The notes beneath the pieces are model-generated. The model had not been told where the DNA came from. It searched no databases and saw only the letters and a program-made list of their open reading frames with translations. A stretch of 64,000 nt of DNA from a virus. The stretch lies in IMG/VR virus record IMGVR_UViG_3300029395_000163; one strand, given 5' to 3'. This document shows, one piece after another, positions 26,610-36,154 of the stretch (the first letter of the stretch is position 1; each line of letters begins with the position of its first letter). The position numbers and the translations under genes are program-made.

Positions 26610-27623
26610 ATGCAGGGAAGACTAGAGACGAAGTTAAAAACGGAAGCAAAAATTCGCAGCCAACTGGATGAAGCGCCGAAATACCTGCAAGATTATGCTT
26701 ATAACTTGTCGTCTTCAAAAGAACCAAGAACAGTTTTGGAATATATTAGAAAGATAAAATTGTTCTTAACATTCTTAAATGAAGACTACAATCAGATTGA
26801 TATTTCTAAAGTTACAGATTCAGATATCAGCCGGTATATCGCAAGCAGAGAAGTAAAAAAGGTAAAAGTGAAAAATAAAAGAACCGGAAAAGTAGAAGAA
26901 AAAATATCCGCTACTTCCGCTTCATACTTAAAGGGAACCCATACAGTGCTTATGGGTTTCTTTTCTTATCTGCAAGCGAAAGAATATATTAAGTCAAATC
27001 CAGTTCAAATGATTCAGCGAATCAGGAGGGAAGATACAATAAAAAGAAGGCGATTTAAAGAAGAAGACTTGAGAGAAATAATGAAGTCTGTAGATCGAAT
27101 CAATAAAGAAGGTAGCTATATCGGATATAGAGATAGAGCAATCATAATGTTGCTAATAAATACAGGAATGAGAGAAACTGCGCTGACAGAGATAAATGTA
27201 GGAGACATTAATTTTAACGACAACAAGTTAGTTATCATAGATAAGAGATATACAACTCATGAATATTATCTAAACCCAATGTTATCCAGCATATTAAAAG
27301 ATTATATCGAGAAGAGGGAAGAGTATCTAGTAGGAAGAGAAATAGATGCTCTTTTTGTTTCGCAGAAAAAGAACAGGATACATCCTAATTCTGTTGCGGA
27401 TTTAGTAAAAAAGTACACTCTTGATTCACTCGGCACACCGTTATCTCCTCATAAACTTAGAGCGGCGTTCTGCACTATACTTTACGATAAAACGAAAGAC
27501 ATAGAATTTGTTCGGGATGTTGTTGGACATAAAAGTGCATCTACGACAAGAAAATATATTGTTAAAGATGGAACTGAAAAAATGAAAGCATCAAATATGA
27601 TGGCAGATATATTCAAGCAATAG
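26610..27623 (+). CDS. int: Tyrosine recombinase / phage integrase (337 aa)
   Basis: C-terminal motif HKLRAAFCTILYDK....VVGHKSASTTRKYI (R..H..R..Y catalytic residues). GAGGAGG RBS. Confidence 0.8.
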   Translation: MQGRLETKLKTEAKIRSQLDEAPKYLQDYAYNLSSSKEPRTVLEYIRKIKLFLTFLNEDYNQIDISKVTDSDISRYIASREVKKVKVKNKRTGKVEEKISATSASYLKGTHTVLMGFFSYLQAKEYIKSNPVQMIQRIRREDTIKRRRFKEEDLREIMKSVDRINKEGSYIGYRDRAIIMLLINTGMRETALTEINVGDINFNDNKLVIIDKRYTTHEYYLNPMLSSILKDYIEKREEYLVGREIDALFVSQKKNRIHPNSVADLVKKYTLDSLGTPLSPHKLRAAFCTILYDKTKDIEFVRDVVGHKSASTTRKYIVKDGTEKMKASNMMADIFKQ

Positions 27624-27648
27624 ACCGGGGATTTTCTCCGGTTTTTCT
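27624..27648 (+). terminator. Putative intrinsic terminator after int
   Basis: 8-bp stem ACCGGGGA/TCTCCGGT with a T-run. Confidence 0.4.
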
Positions 27649-27715
27649 CATAAAAATTTGACCGAAAATGAGAAGTAGTAAGTAAAGGAACAATTAAAGA
27701 AAGAGAGAAAGGGTT

Positions 27716-28279
27716 ATGTTATATGTAATACAAAAAGGAAATCAATATATACGGTTGAGCGATACTGGAAAAGTAGATACCGTAGGATTAAAAAAAGCGA
27801 CAAAATTTACGCTGGATGAAGCAAGAAGAACAAAGTTAAAGGCTCCCGTAAAGACAAAAGGATTTGAAATACGCGAACAGCCTTTAAAAGATACTAAAGA
27901 GAAAAAGAAAAAAACTATACGAAAACAGTTCAGCGTGTCAGAGAGAAGTCAGGTTTATAGCAAGACAAATGGACATTGCGGAATTTGCGGCGAATTTGTT
28001 CCGTTCGATTCTTTTACGATAGACCATATTATTCCGATATCGAAAGGCGGAAGCAGCACAATAGATAATCTACAGTGTTCTTGCTTGGTCTGCAATCGAA
28101 TTAAACAAGATATTTTGCCGGAAGATTTGTTCGATAAGATTTCTGCAATAATTTCATATCAGCTTAAAATTGGCGGTAAAATCGAAGTAGACAGCCTTTT
28201 AAAAGATTGCATTAAAAAGAAAATGTCTCTAAAAATGTTTGGAATAAAAAAGAGGGGAAAACACAAGCATGACAAATAA
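27716..28279 (+). CDS. HNH endonuclease (187 aa)
   Basis: CGICG....DHIIPISKGGSSTIDNLQCSCLVCNRIK is an HNH His-Me finger. Confidence 0.75.
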   Translation: MLYVIQKGNQYIRLSDTGKVDTVGLKKATKFTLDEARRTKLKAPVKTKGFEIREQPLKDTKEKKKKTIRKQFSVSERSQVYSKTNGHCGICGEFVPFDSFTIDHIIPISKGGSSTIDNLQCSCLVCNRIKQDILPEDLFDKISAIISYQLKIGGKIEVDSLLKDCIKKKMSLKMFGIKKRGKHKHDK

Positions 28280-28460
28280 AGATTTGATTGATTTATGTAC
28301 CGAGCGCTGGGATAGAATTCATAAAATATATCCAGAAAGACCGTGTGAGGGATGTGAATACTATAAGCAGTGCACTATTTTCTGGAATAAATACCGGACG
28401 ACTCCCTACAAAGAACAATACAGTAAGTTACTGTATACTGACAAAAAAATACCGTATTAA
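28269..28460 (+). CDS. Small Cys-containing protein (63 aa)
   Basis: ORF overlapping the end of the HNH gene. Confidence 0.4.
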   Translation: MTNKDLIDLCTERWDRIHKIYPERPCEGCEYYKQCTIFWNKYRTTPYKEQYSKLLYTDKKIPY

Positions 28461-28508
28461 AATGGTAAAAGATACCACGGGAAACACGAACAAAAGTTCG
28501 GAAAATGC

Positions 28509-28538
28509 TTGACACTGTGCTGTAGTACATGGTATATT
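28509..28538 (+). promoter_or_regulatory. Strong sigma-70-type promoter (TTGACA-N18-TGgTATATT with extended -10)
   Basis: Consensus -35 plus extended -10, followed by about 400 nt of leader before the GTG at 28944. Confidence 0.5.
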
Positions 28539-28943
28539 ATGACAAGGAAAATAAAAAACCGCCCCTTTATAACGGTGTTGGAGCACCTTGGGGCGGAACG
28601 TAAAATGCTTTGTCCATAAAAGAACAAAGATTGTAAAGATATGTTGGAGCATATCCTTACGTTTCTTTATCTTACTATACAATTCTTTTAAGGTCAAATA
28701 AAATCTTTATTAAATATTTTCCAAAAAACGTAACTGAATAACAAAAGAAAGTCTCGGTGTAAAGATGTCTTTGTGCGGCGAACGCCTGTTTGCACCATAA
28801 AAACATTGAGAAATTACTTAGTTGACTTTCTAAAAACCGCATGGTTAAGCCATATTTCGGGGGTGAAATGCGTCCGTTATATGGAAACCTTGCCGGTAGA
28901 CTGTAGCACTTGAAAGTGTTAGTGTTCGAAAGAGAGGTTAGAA

Positions 28944-31202
28944 GTGAATACGGAAAAAAATGTCGAAGAGTATTATGCAAATAATGCTGCAAAAGTCAGA
29001 AAAATGGTTGATGATATCATTAAGCGGTACAGATTTAATATTACCGACAAAGATGATTTCTATTCAATCGCAAATGAAGTATTTGTAAAGATACTGGATA
29101 CTTACGACGGCAAAAGAGATTTTAAGGGATATCTATATTCTTGCTTAGAGAATCGAATCAAGCAGGAACAAACAAGGAGAAATGCTCTTAAAAACGGCGG
29201 AGATAAGCTCATATCGTCTTTAGATGATACTGAAAGTAATGAAGACATAAATCCTTATGAAGTTATTGAAGGAGCTATATCAGCAGAAGATGAATTTATG
29301 GAGAATTGCGGAGAATGGAGCAGTCCTGTAATTGCAGAATATTTTAGTAAGTTAAGTCCGATGCAGATGGAAATAGCCAAGCTCAAGTCAGAAGGATATT
29401 CGTTTGAAGAAATAGCGAAAAAACTTGGAATTACATTAAACAGATATTATGAATTATGTAATGATATGACATCAATAGAGAAGACAAGAGATTTAATCAG
29501 TTCAAAAAATAAAGCATTAAAAAAAGAATTTGTTATTAAAGGAGAACCATCTATGAATATTCCCAAAGCAGAAACCAGAACAACCACTACTAGTACAAGC
29601 GAAAAGACAAAAATGATTGCATTATCTGTAATATCTATATGTCTGCAATTAGATGCTCGTAGTATTTTGGATAATCACCCGCTTCAGAGAGCGTCTGGTC
29701 AATGGTCTAAAATCATGCAGAGCAATTTAATTTCAGATTTATTGCAAGGAAATGCAATTCCTCCGCTTTTGCTGGCAGAACAGTATATTAATGGGGTCGC
29801 CTATAAATGGCTTTTAGATGGTAAACAGCGACTTGTCGGAGCTATATATTCATATTTAAATGATGGGTTCAAAATCAGTAGAAATGTAGAGAGAAATATG
29901 ATTGAGTATCAAGCAAATGAACAAGATGAGAATGGTAACATTGTTTGCGACAGTTACGGAATCCCGAAGAAGATTAACTGCGAATTCGACATTAGAAATA
30001 AAAAGTTCTCTCAATTACCGAAAGAATTACAAGAGAGATTTAAAAATTACAACCTCCAGATAACTCTTAATCTAAACTGCACAAAGGAGCAGATTGAATA
30101 CGATATCAGAAGATACAATCAGTCTAAGCCGATGAGTGTTGCTCAGAAAGGAGTTACTTATCTTGGAGAAGATTTTACTAAAATCGTTAAGACTCTTTCA
30201 GCGAAACCGTTCTTTAAAGAAAAAGGTAATTATAGTCCATCAGAATCTTATAACGGCAAATTAGATAGGACAATTATTGAGTCTATTATGTCCATTAACT
30301 TTTTAGATAAATGGAATAAGAGTAATGACGTAAACTGTTCATATTTAAAAGAGAACGCAAAAGTGAAACAGTTTAACGTTTTAGAATCCATAATCGATAG
30401 ATTATACGATGTTGTTACTGACGAAGTAAATGACTTGTTTGATTCAAAGAATTCATTTGTCTGGTTTACTTTATTTGATCGGTTTACAAAGACTAAGATT
30501 GGTCGCTCGGAAACAGAAGATGAAAAGTTCGTAGAATTTTTGGCGGCATACAAAGAAGAACTACATAGCCGAAAAATTGACGGCATGACAACGGAAGACA
30601 TTGATTATAACGCTGGGACAAAAGGAAGAGTGGCGGTCAGAAAGAAACTCGAACATATTGAAGCACTCATGAATGAGTTTTTGGGAATTGAAGTTTCAGA
30701 AGGAGTCGAATCTTTCAATACTAATGACACAATCGATAGCTATATTTCGGAATTTTGCTCAACAAATCTTATGAACAATGCGGTCTCTGGAGATGTAAAT
30801 AAAGTAAGAGCCGCTGTCGGAAGTATGATGTTTGTAAATGGATTTAATGATTATTCAGATAAAGCTATTCAGGAGTATATCTCCGGCAATAACTATTCAG
30901 AGAATGATATTTCAGATATGGAATTGTATTCTTCTGTATTGAACGACTGGAGTTCAGATATTGACAAAAACTCAAGAATTTTCGACATGGAGAATATCCC
31001 AGTATTATTAAAAGTCATTTCTAAATCATATGAGAAGGAAATGGATGAAAACTTCTGTATTGAATGGTTTAAAGGAATCGTGGAAAACTACGGAACAAAC
31101 GTAAAATTTTCCGGCGTAAATACAGAAGATTATAATATGATGCTCAATAGTTTAAATAACTATGTGACATATAAAGAAGAGAAACTCGAAGATGCAGCAT
31201 AA
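28944..31202 (+). CDS. Fusion protein (752 aa): N-terminal ECF-like sigma-70 domain (regions 2 and 4) joined to a DUF262 / ParB-like (GmrS N-terminal type) domain and a long C-terminal region
   Basis: Region 2-like DDFYSIANEVFVKILDTYDGKRDFKGYLYSCLENRIKQEQTRR. Region 4 HTH LSPMQMEIAKLKSEGYSFEEIAKKLGITLNRYYEL. DUF262 signatures HPLQRASGQWS and, about 40 aa later, WLLDGKQRLVGAIY (cf. IP.YQR.Y.W ... IDGQQRLTT). GTG start with an AGAGAGG RBS. Confidence 0.6.
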   Translation: MNTEKNVEEYYANNAAKVRKMVDDIIKRYRFNITDKDDFYSIANEVFVKILDTYDGKRDFKGYLYSCLENRIKQEQTRRNALKNGGDKLISSLDDTESNEDINPYEVIEGAISAEDEFMENCGEWSSPVIAEYFSKLSPMQMEIAKLKSEGYSFEEIAKKLGITLNRYYELCNDMTSIEKTRDLISSKNKALKKEFVIKGEPSMNIPKAETRTTTTSTSEKTKMIALSVISICLQLDARSILDNHPLQRASGQWSKIMQSNLISDLLQGNAIPPLLLAEQYINGVAYKWLLDGKQRLVGAIYSYLNDGFKISRNVERNMIEYQANEQDENGNIVCDSYGIPKKINCEFDIRNKKFSQLPKELQERFKNYNLQITLNLNCTKEQIEYDIRRYNQSKPMSVAQKGVTYLGEDFTKIVKTLSAKPFFKEKGNYSPSESYNGKLDRTIIESIMSINFLDKWNKSNDVNCSYLKENAKVKQFNVLESIIDRLYDVVTDEVNDLFDSKNSFVWFTLFDRFTKTKIGRSETEDEKFVEFLAAYKEELHSRKIDGMTTEDIDYNAGTKGRVAVRKKLEHIEALMNEFLGIEVSEGVESFNTNDTIDSYISEFCSTNLMNNAVSGDVNKVRAAVGSMMFVNGFNDYSDKAIQEYISGNNYSENDISDMELYSSVLNDWSSDIDKNSRIFDMENIPVLLKVISKSYEKEMDENFCIEWFKGIVENYGTNVKFSGVNTEDYNMMLNSLNNYVTYKEEKLEDAA

Positions 31203-31211
31203 GGAGGGCTT

Positions 31212-31361
31212 ATGGCGAAGAAAATTGATTTGCAGCTCGGAGACAATGTAGTGATGATTGCTATGACTATTATCACAGATGACGGTAAAGACGCAGGAAC
31301 TTATTCCGTCGAACAGAGATTGTATACAACAGAGGATTTCGAGTCGGAGGATGAAACATGA
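31212..31361 (+). CDS. Small acidic protein (49 aa)
   Basis: TAAGGAGGG RBS followed directly by ATG. Not in the ORF track (under 60 aa). Confidence 0.4.
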   Translation: MAKKIDLQLGDNVVMIAMTIITDDGKDAGTYSVEQRLYTTEDFESEDET

Positions 31362-31412
31362 TATTCAAGGACTTGATAATCTGTTAAATATAAGAAGAGG
31401 AGGAAAGCAGTT

Positions 31413-31580
31413 TTGTTTGTGGTTTTTCTAATAGGGGTTTTTATTGCCGCCTTTATAGGTCTATTGCTAGTTTATATCGGCAACAAGGTTTTAAATGAGA
31501 TGAAGATGGATGATATGAACTCCGAAATGGAGATGAAAATTAAAAAAGAAATGACGAATTTTAAGGAGAAAAGCGAATGA
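31413..31580 (+). CDS. Small single-TM membrane protein (55 aa), TTG start, translationally coupled to the SPFH gene
   Basis: GAGGAGG RBS. Its stop overlaps the SPFH start (ATGA). Confidence 0.4.
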   Translation: MFVVFLIGVFIAAFIGLLLVYIGNKVLNEMKMDDMNSEMEMKIKKEMTNFKEKSE

Positions 31581-32440
31581 AAAAGATTATTGCACTTGTT
31601 TTAGTAGTAGTGTTTGCGATTTTTGGAGGAATTTTTGCGGTAACACACATAAAAGTTATTGATGCCGGGAAAGTGGGAGTTGTTTATTCTGCAAATGGAG
31701 GCGTTAAAGACGAGCTATATCGTCAGGGATGGCACTTTGTTCCTCCGATGCATAAAGTAAAAGAATTCACTGTTGGAAACGAGCAGTTAGTCCTTTCAAA
31801 AGATAAAAGAGAAGGATCTGAAGGAGATGATTCCTTTAAAGTTGCGACATCCGATGACGCAAGCATCGGATTAAGTTTCCAGATGAGCTATAGATTCATC
31901 GAAGAAAATGTTGCCGATACATATAAGAAATTTAAGGGTATGAGCGGAGAAGACATTGTAAATAATCGAGTAAAAACGGTTATCAAATCAAAAATCTCCG
32001 AAGTTACTACAAATTATAGCATGATGGATATTTATTCCGGAAACAGAAGCGAGATCAACCACAAAATCACAGAATATCTAAATAAAGATTTTAGCAGCAA
32101 GTACGGAATTGAAGTATTGGATGCTTCCATTATTGATGTCCATTTAGATAAAAAGTTAAAACAGGCGGTAGAGAACCGAGTGCAGGCGTTACAGAAAAAA
32201 CAGCAGGCACAGGTTGAACAGGAAACTGTAAAGGTAGAGAATGAAACCAAGTTATTGCAGGCAAAGAATGATGCTGAAATTAAGAAGACAAAAGCTGAAG
32301 CTGAAGCCGCATCTAATCAGACAATCGCAAAGAGTATCACAAAAGAATTAATCGAAATGAAACTAGCGGAAGCGAGACTTGAGCATGGTTGGATTACGAC
32401 TCAGGGAGCTGGAGCTGTGGTAACAAACGGAGGTAATTAA
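31577..32440 (+). CDS. SPFH / band-7 (flotillin/HflKC/prohibitin-like) membrane protein (287 aa)
   Basis: N-terminal TM, then VIDAGKVGVVYSANGGVKDELYRQGWHFVPPMHKVKEFTV..., typical of the SPFH domain, with a C-terminal coiled coil. Confidence 0.7.
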   Translation: MKKIIALVLVVVFAIFGGIFAVTHIKVIDAGKVGVVYSANGGVKDELYRQGWHFVPPMHKVKEFTVGNEQLVLSKDKREGSEGDDSFKVATSDDASIGLSFQMSYRFIEENVADTYKKFKGMSGEDIVNNRVKTVIKSKISEVTTNYSMMDIYSGNRSEINHKITEYLNKDFSSKYGIEVLDASIIDVHLDKKLKQAVENRVQALQKKQQAQVEQETVKVENETKLLQAKNDAEIKKTKAEAEAASNQTIAKSITKELIEMKLAEARLEHGWITTQGAGAVVTNGGN

Positions 32441-32443
32441 TTT

Positions 32444-32659
32444 ATGTGGTTATTTCTTTTGATATGCGAATTAGTATCTATAGCGATATGGTTCGTTATG
32501 TATATTGAAGATTTATTTTTCCAAATTATTCCCGGAAATAGGTCTAATGTAGAAGATAAGGTAATTGCCCTTTTATTTGTAGCCGTTTTCGCCGGATGGT
32601 TTCTGGTATGGTATTTCATATACCTTTTTATAAGAGCCATCAAAAAAATTACAGAATAA
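32444..32659 (+). CDS. Small two-TM membrane protein (71 aa), possible NfeD-like partner of the SPFH protein
   Basis: Two hydrophobic helices, tightly coupled to the SPFH gene. Confidence 0.45.
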   Translation: MWLFLLICELVSIAIWFVMYIEDLFFQIIPGNRSNVEDKVIALLFVAVFAGWFLVWYFIYLFIRAIKKITE

Positions 32660-32681
32660 GTTATTGCAGGAGGATTTTTTC

Positions 32682-33014
32682 ATGAGCAAACCAAATAAGA
32701 ACCGTAAGAAATACTACGAAACATACAAGCAGGAGAATCGCCTCTTAAAAAACAAAGAGAAGAAAAAAGAAAAGCATGAGAAAAGAATGGCGAAATTCGC
32801 AAAACGCCGAGAAGAAGGAAAGACTTATTCTTATAAGCCAAATCCATTTAAAAAGGACTCCGAGGAATACATTTTAGAGGAGAATAATAGAAGACGCAAA
32901 AATATCAGAGCTATTGACATTGGTAAATGGGATAGTGTTATGAGGAAGTTGCAGAATCGCAGAGATAAAGAGCTGGAATTAGCGAAAGCTCGAAAGGAAA
33001 GCAAAAGAAAATAA
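32682..33014 (+). CDS. Highly basic K/R/E-rich protein (110 aa)
   Basis: ORF-track ORF is 32664..33014. CAGGAGGA lies 7 nt upstream of the ATG at 32682. Confidence 0.5.
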   Translation: MSKPNKNRKKYYETYKQENRLLKNKEKKKEKHEKRMAKFAKRREEGKTYSYKPNPFKKDSEEYILEENNRRRKNIRAIDIGKWDSVMRKLQNRRDKELELAKARKESKRK

Positions 33015-33025
33015 ACCACTGAATT

Positions 33026-33050
33026 GCAGGGAGTTCATTTCCCTGCTTTT
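33026..33050 (+). terminator. Intrinsic terminator closing the sigma-DUF262 / SPFH transcription unit
   Basis: 7-bp perfect stem GCAGGGA/TCCCTGC, 7-nt loop, TTTT. Confidence 0.55.
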
Positions 33051-33076
33051 ATAAACAAAAAATAAAGGAGAAAATA

Positions 33077-33709
33077 GTGTCAGAAGAAAAAAATGTTTTT
33101 AAGATTTTGAATTCTATTGATGTGTCTGGAAAAGTAAAAGAGAAAAATAAGCTTTCATACCTTCCGTGGGCTTCCGCTTGGGCAGAAGTAAAAAAGCTGT
33201 ATCCGGATGCCTCATTTGAAATCAAGAAGCAGACAATGGAAAATGGCGTTGAAAGACCTTGGTTAGATGATGGGAAGACTGGCTGGGTAGAAGTTTCTGT
33301 TACGATTAGTGGTCAGACCATTACTGAAATGCTGGCGATTATGAACTTCAGCAACAAAGCTATTCCTGCCGATCAGATTACTGCGACAGATGCAAACAAA
33401 TCAATCAAAAGATGTCTTACAAAAGCGATTGCAATGCATGGATTGGGCTTATATGTGTACGAAGGAGAAGATATCCCAGAAGATACAGCAAGAACAATCG
33501 AATTAAAATCAGTCATCAAAGATATTGTTGCAAGAAAATGCTCAACAGAAAAAGGGAGAGCGAGAGTAGGAGAAATCTGTAAAGAAGCTGAAAAGAAAGC
33601 CTTCCCTATGATTTCAGAAGAAGACATCAGAGGGGATTATACAAAGATTGAAGATTTAGAGATTTTGCAGAATTTGAAAACTCAGCTTTTAGCATTAAGA
33701 ACAAAATAA
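33077..33709 (+). CDS. Putative single-strand annealing protein (Sak3/DUF1071-like, Rad52 superfamily), 210 aa
   Basis: KLSYLPWASAWAEVKKLYP.. N-terminal motif. It opens a recombination module (HD, Cas4-like exonuclease, SSB downstream). Confidence 0.45.
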   Translation: MSEEKNVFKILNSIDVSGKVKEKNKLSYLPWASAWAEVKKLYPDASFEIKKQTMENGVERPWLDDGKTGWVEVSVTISGQTITEMLAIMNFSNKAIPADQITATDANKSIKRCLTKAIAMHGLGLYVYEGEDIPEDTARTIELKSVIKDIVARKCSTEKGRARVGEICKEAEKKAFPMISEEDIRGDYTKIEDLEILQNLKTQLLALRTK

Positions 33710-33719
33710 GGAGATTCAT

Positions 33720-34355
33720 ATGTCTAACGAAAACGTATGTAGATTTGAAAAACTGCTACAAGGAGTGAAAAGAGAAGGAGTTGAAGAGCTTCTGAATTTT
33801 ATTAGAGGCTCTGACTTCTATACCGCTCCAGCCAGTACGAGATATCATCTGGCAGAAGAAGGCGGATTACTTAAGCATAGTCTTCATGTGTATGATTGCT
33901 TGATGAAGAAGAAAGAAAATCCTGTTTGGAAAGAGGCATTAAGCGACGTTTCAGACGATACTGTTATCCTAGTATCATTGCTTCATGATTTATGCAAGAC
34001 ATACTTTTATGGAGAAGAATTGAAAAACAGAAAAACATATGATGAAGAGAAGGTTAAGGCGGCGAACCCTAGAACAGTAAAAAGAGACGCTAACGGAGAA
34101 TTTATATGGGAAACCGTTCCTGCATATGTAGTAGATGATAAATACCCATTGGGGCATGGAGAAAAGAGCGTATTTTTTATAATGCAGTTTGTTAAGCTGA
34201 CGATGCTCGAAATCGCTGCGATTAAGCACCATATGGGGGCATATTGCGATTCTAGCCAATGGAATACTCTCGGGCAAGCGTATGAAAAATATCCTTTGGC
34301 ACTGGCACTTCACGAATCAGATCTTGAGGCGACATACTTACTAGAAACGGAATAA
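33720..34355 (+). CDS. HD-domain phosphohydrolase (211 aa)
   Basis: RYHLAEEGGLLKHSLHV plus LLHDLCK (the H..HD metal-binding motif). Confidence 0.6.
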   Translation: MSNENVCRFEKLLQGVKREGVEELLNFIRGSDFYTAPASTRYHLAEEGGLLKHSLHVYDCLMKKKENPVWKEALSDVSDDTVILVSLLHDLCKTYFYGEELKNRKTYDEEKVKAANPRTVKRDANGEFIWETVPAYVVDDKYPLGHGEKSVFFIMQFVKLTMLEIAAIKHHMGAYCDSSQWNTLGQAYEKYPLALALHESDLEATYLLETE

Positions 34356-34373
34356 GCGAAAGGAAGATAATAT

Positions 34374-35171
34374 TTGGCGGTTGATTCGCTAAAGAAACCT
34401 AGATACTCATTTAGCCGATTAGATTGCTTTGAAAAGTGCAAATACAGTTATTATTTAAAGTATGTACTTGGAGAAGACGGAGCGGATGAATATATAGCAG
34501 AAGGAAATTATTATGCCGAAGTTGGGTCTTTTATGCATGAGATTCTCGCAAAGATTTTTGAAGGCGAACTTTCTGCGGATGATGCTCCTAATTATTTTGT
34601 CGAGCATTACGATGAATTTGTATTTTATAAAGTCAAGAAGTCGATTATGGACAAGACCTATGATTTATGCTTGGATTATTTGGCTACAGAAGATTTTGGC
34701 TGGGCGGAAGGATACGAAGTGGTCGGCGTTGAGCTAAGAACAGAATTAGTAGTTCAAAAACACGACTTTATCGGATTCATTGATTTATTATTAAGAAACT
34801 TGAAAACTGGAGAATATTGGCTGATTGACCATAAGAGCGCGCCGTACCCGTTTAGAAAAGACGGGAAAGGGATTTTGGCTAAGTCTAAAAAGAGCTTTGA
34901 ATCATATAAAAGGCAAATGTATTTATATTGTCATGCAGTCAAAGAAATATACGGAGAATTCCCGCAAAAAATTACGTGGAATCACTTTAAAGAGAAGAAA
35001 CTTGCGACAATTCCATTTATGCAGGAAGAATATGAGGAAACGATGAAATGGTTTTTGGAGACTATAAAAAGAATAGAAAAAGAAAAATTCTTTGAGCCGA
35101 CAAAAGACTTCTTTCACTGTGCGTTTATCTGCGATTATAGAAATTGTTGCGAATATAAAAAATATGAATAA
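34374..35171 (+). CDS. PD-(D/E)xK exonuclease of the RecB/Cas4 type with Fe-S cluster cysteines (265 aa)
   Basis: N-terminal YSFSRLDCFEKCKYSYYLKY and C-terminal HCAFICDYRNCC give the Cas4-like Cys pattern. TTG start. Confidence 0.6.
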   Translation: MAVDSLKKPRYSFSRLDCFEKCKYSYYLKYVLGEDGADEYIAEGNYYAEVGSFMHEILAKIFEGELSADDAPNYFVEHYDEFVFYKVKKSIMDKTYDLCLDYLATEDFGWAEGYEVVGVELRTELVVQKHDFIGFIDLLLRNLKTGEYWLIDHKSAPYPFRKDGKGILAKSKKSFESYKRQMYLYCHAVKEIYGEFPQKITWNHFKEKKLATIPFMQEEYEETMKWFLETIKRIEKEKFFEPTKDFFHCAFICDYRNCCEYKKYE

Positions 35172-35185
35172 ATTGGAGGATACAT

Positions 35186-35599
35186 ATGAATCTTGTTGTA
35201 GAAATTGGAAGATTAACTAGAGACCCAGAAGTGAATAACGGAGCAGTTAGATTATCTATCGCTGTAACTAGAAGATTTAAAAACAAAGAAGGACAGTACG
35301 ATACTGATTTTATTAACTGTGTTTCATTTGCAAAAACAGGAGAATTTATCCAGAAGTATTTTCATAAAGGAGATAAGATTGCTATTACCGGAAGAATCCA
35401 GACAGGAAGCTATACAAACTCAGAAGGAAAGAAGGTATATACAACAGATGTGGTTGTAGATAATGCGGAATTCGTGGAAAGCAAAGGTGGTTCTGCACCT
35501 GACTCAACACCTTTAGGTCAGACAAAGAAAGAACCTACATCTAAGGATGATTTTATGCAGGTCCCGAGTGGAGACGATGACGAATTACCATTCAACTAA
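35186..35599 (+). CDS. ssb: Single-stranded DNA-binding protein
   Basis: OB-fold sequence with an acidic C-terminal tail ending DDDELPFN. Confidence 0.8.
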   Translation: MNLVVEIGRLTRDPEVNNGAVRLSIAVTRRFKNKEGQYDTDFINCVSFAKTGEFIQKYFHKGDKIAITGRIQTGSYTNSEGKKVYTTDVVVDNAEFVESKGGSAPDSTPLGQTKKEPTSKDDFMQVPSGDDDELPFN

Positions 35600-35628
35600 A
35601 AATTTGTTGAGGAGGTTAGGAGGGTGTA

Positions 35629-36129
35629 ATGCCCTCCGATTATAATATGGCGAAAGAAAAGATATATAAGTGTAGATATAATCATTGCAAACATGAGACA
35701 AAAGATGTTCTTGCTTCGGAAGCAGTCAAAGACGGAAACCGATATTTTCATAAAGATTGCTATAAGACAAAAGAAGAGATTAATAAAATTATAGAATTAT
35801 TCGCAGAATATATAAACCCGAATGTGGTTTTTGCTGTTTTGCGAAAGGTGGTAAATAATATTGTTTTTAATCGGGGAGTAGACAGCGGGTTGTTGCTATT
35901 TGGATTAAACTACTATATTGCCAACAAAATTACATTAAATTATCCTCAAGGATTATATTATGTGATTCAAAATAAAAATGTAATCAAGGGGTACAAAGAA
36001 AAGAAAAATAAAGAATACCTTATTGAACAGAAAAAGAATTTGCAAAAAGCTGAAGACGATACGGAAATGGTGTCTTCGTTTACATACAAACCTAACAAGC
36101 AAAAGAGTTTTGCGGATATTTTGAGATAG
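35629..36129 (+). CDS. Hypothetical protein with an N-terminal Cys/His cluster (166 aa), possibly a helicase loader or replisome organiser
   Basis: CRYNHCKHE...YFHKDCY motif; sits between ssb and the helicase. Confidence 0.4.
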   Translation: MPSDYNMAKEKIYKCRYNHCKHETKDVLASEAVKDGNRYFHKDCYKTKEEINKIIELFAEYINPNVVFAVLRKVVNNIVFNRGVDSGLLLFGLNYYIANKITLNYPQGLYYVIQNKNVIKGYKEKKNKEYLIEQKKNLQKAEDDTEMVSSFTYKPNKQKSFADILR

Positions 36130-36154
36130 GAGTGATATTCTGGCAGATTTATCG

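Noticed and set aside
28944-31202. Full GmrSD-type architecture (DUF262 plus DUF1524 His-Me nuclease)
   Set aside because: Only the DUF262 signatures are present. The single LEHI tetrapeptide is not followed by the rest of the DUF1524 motif.
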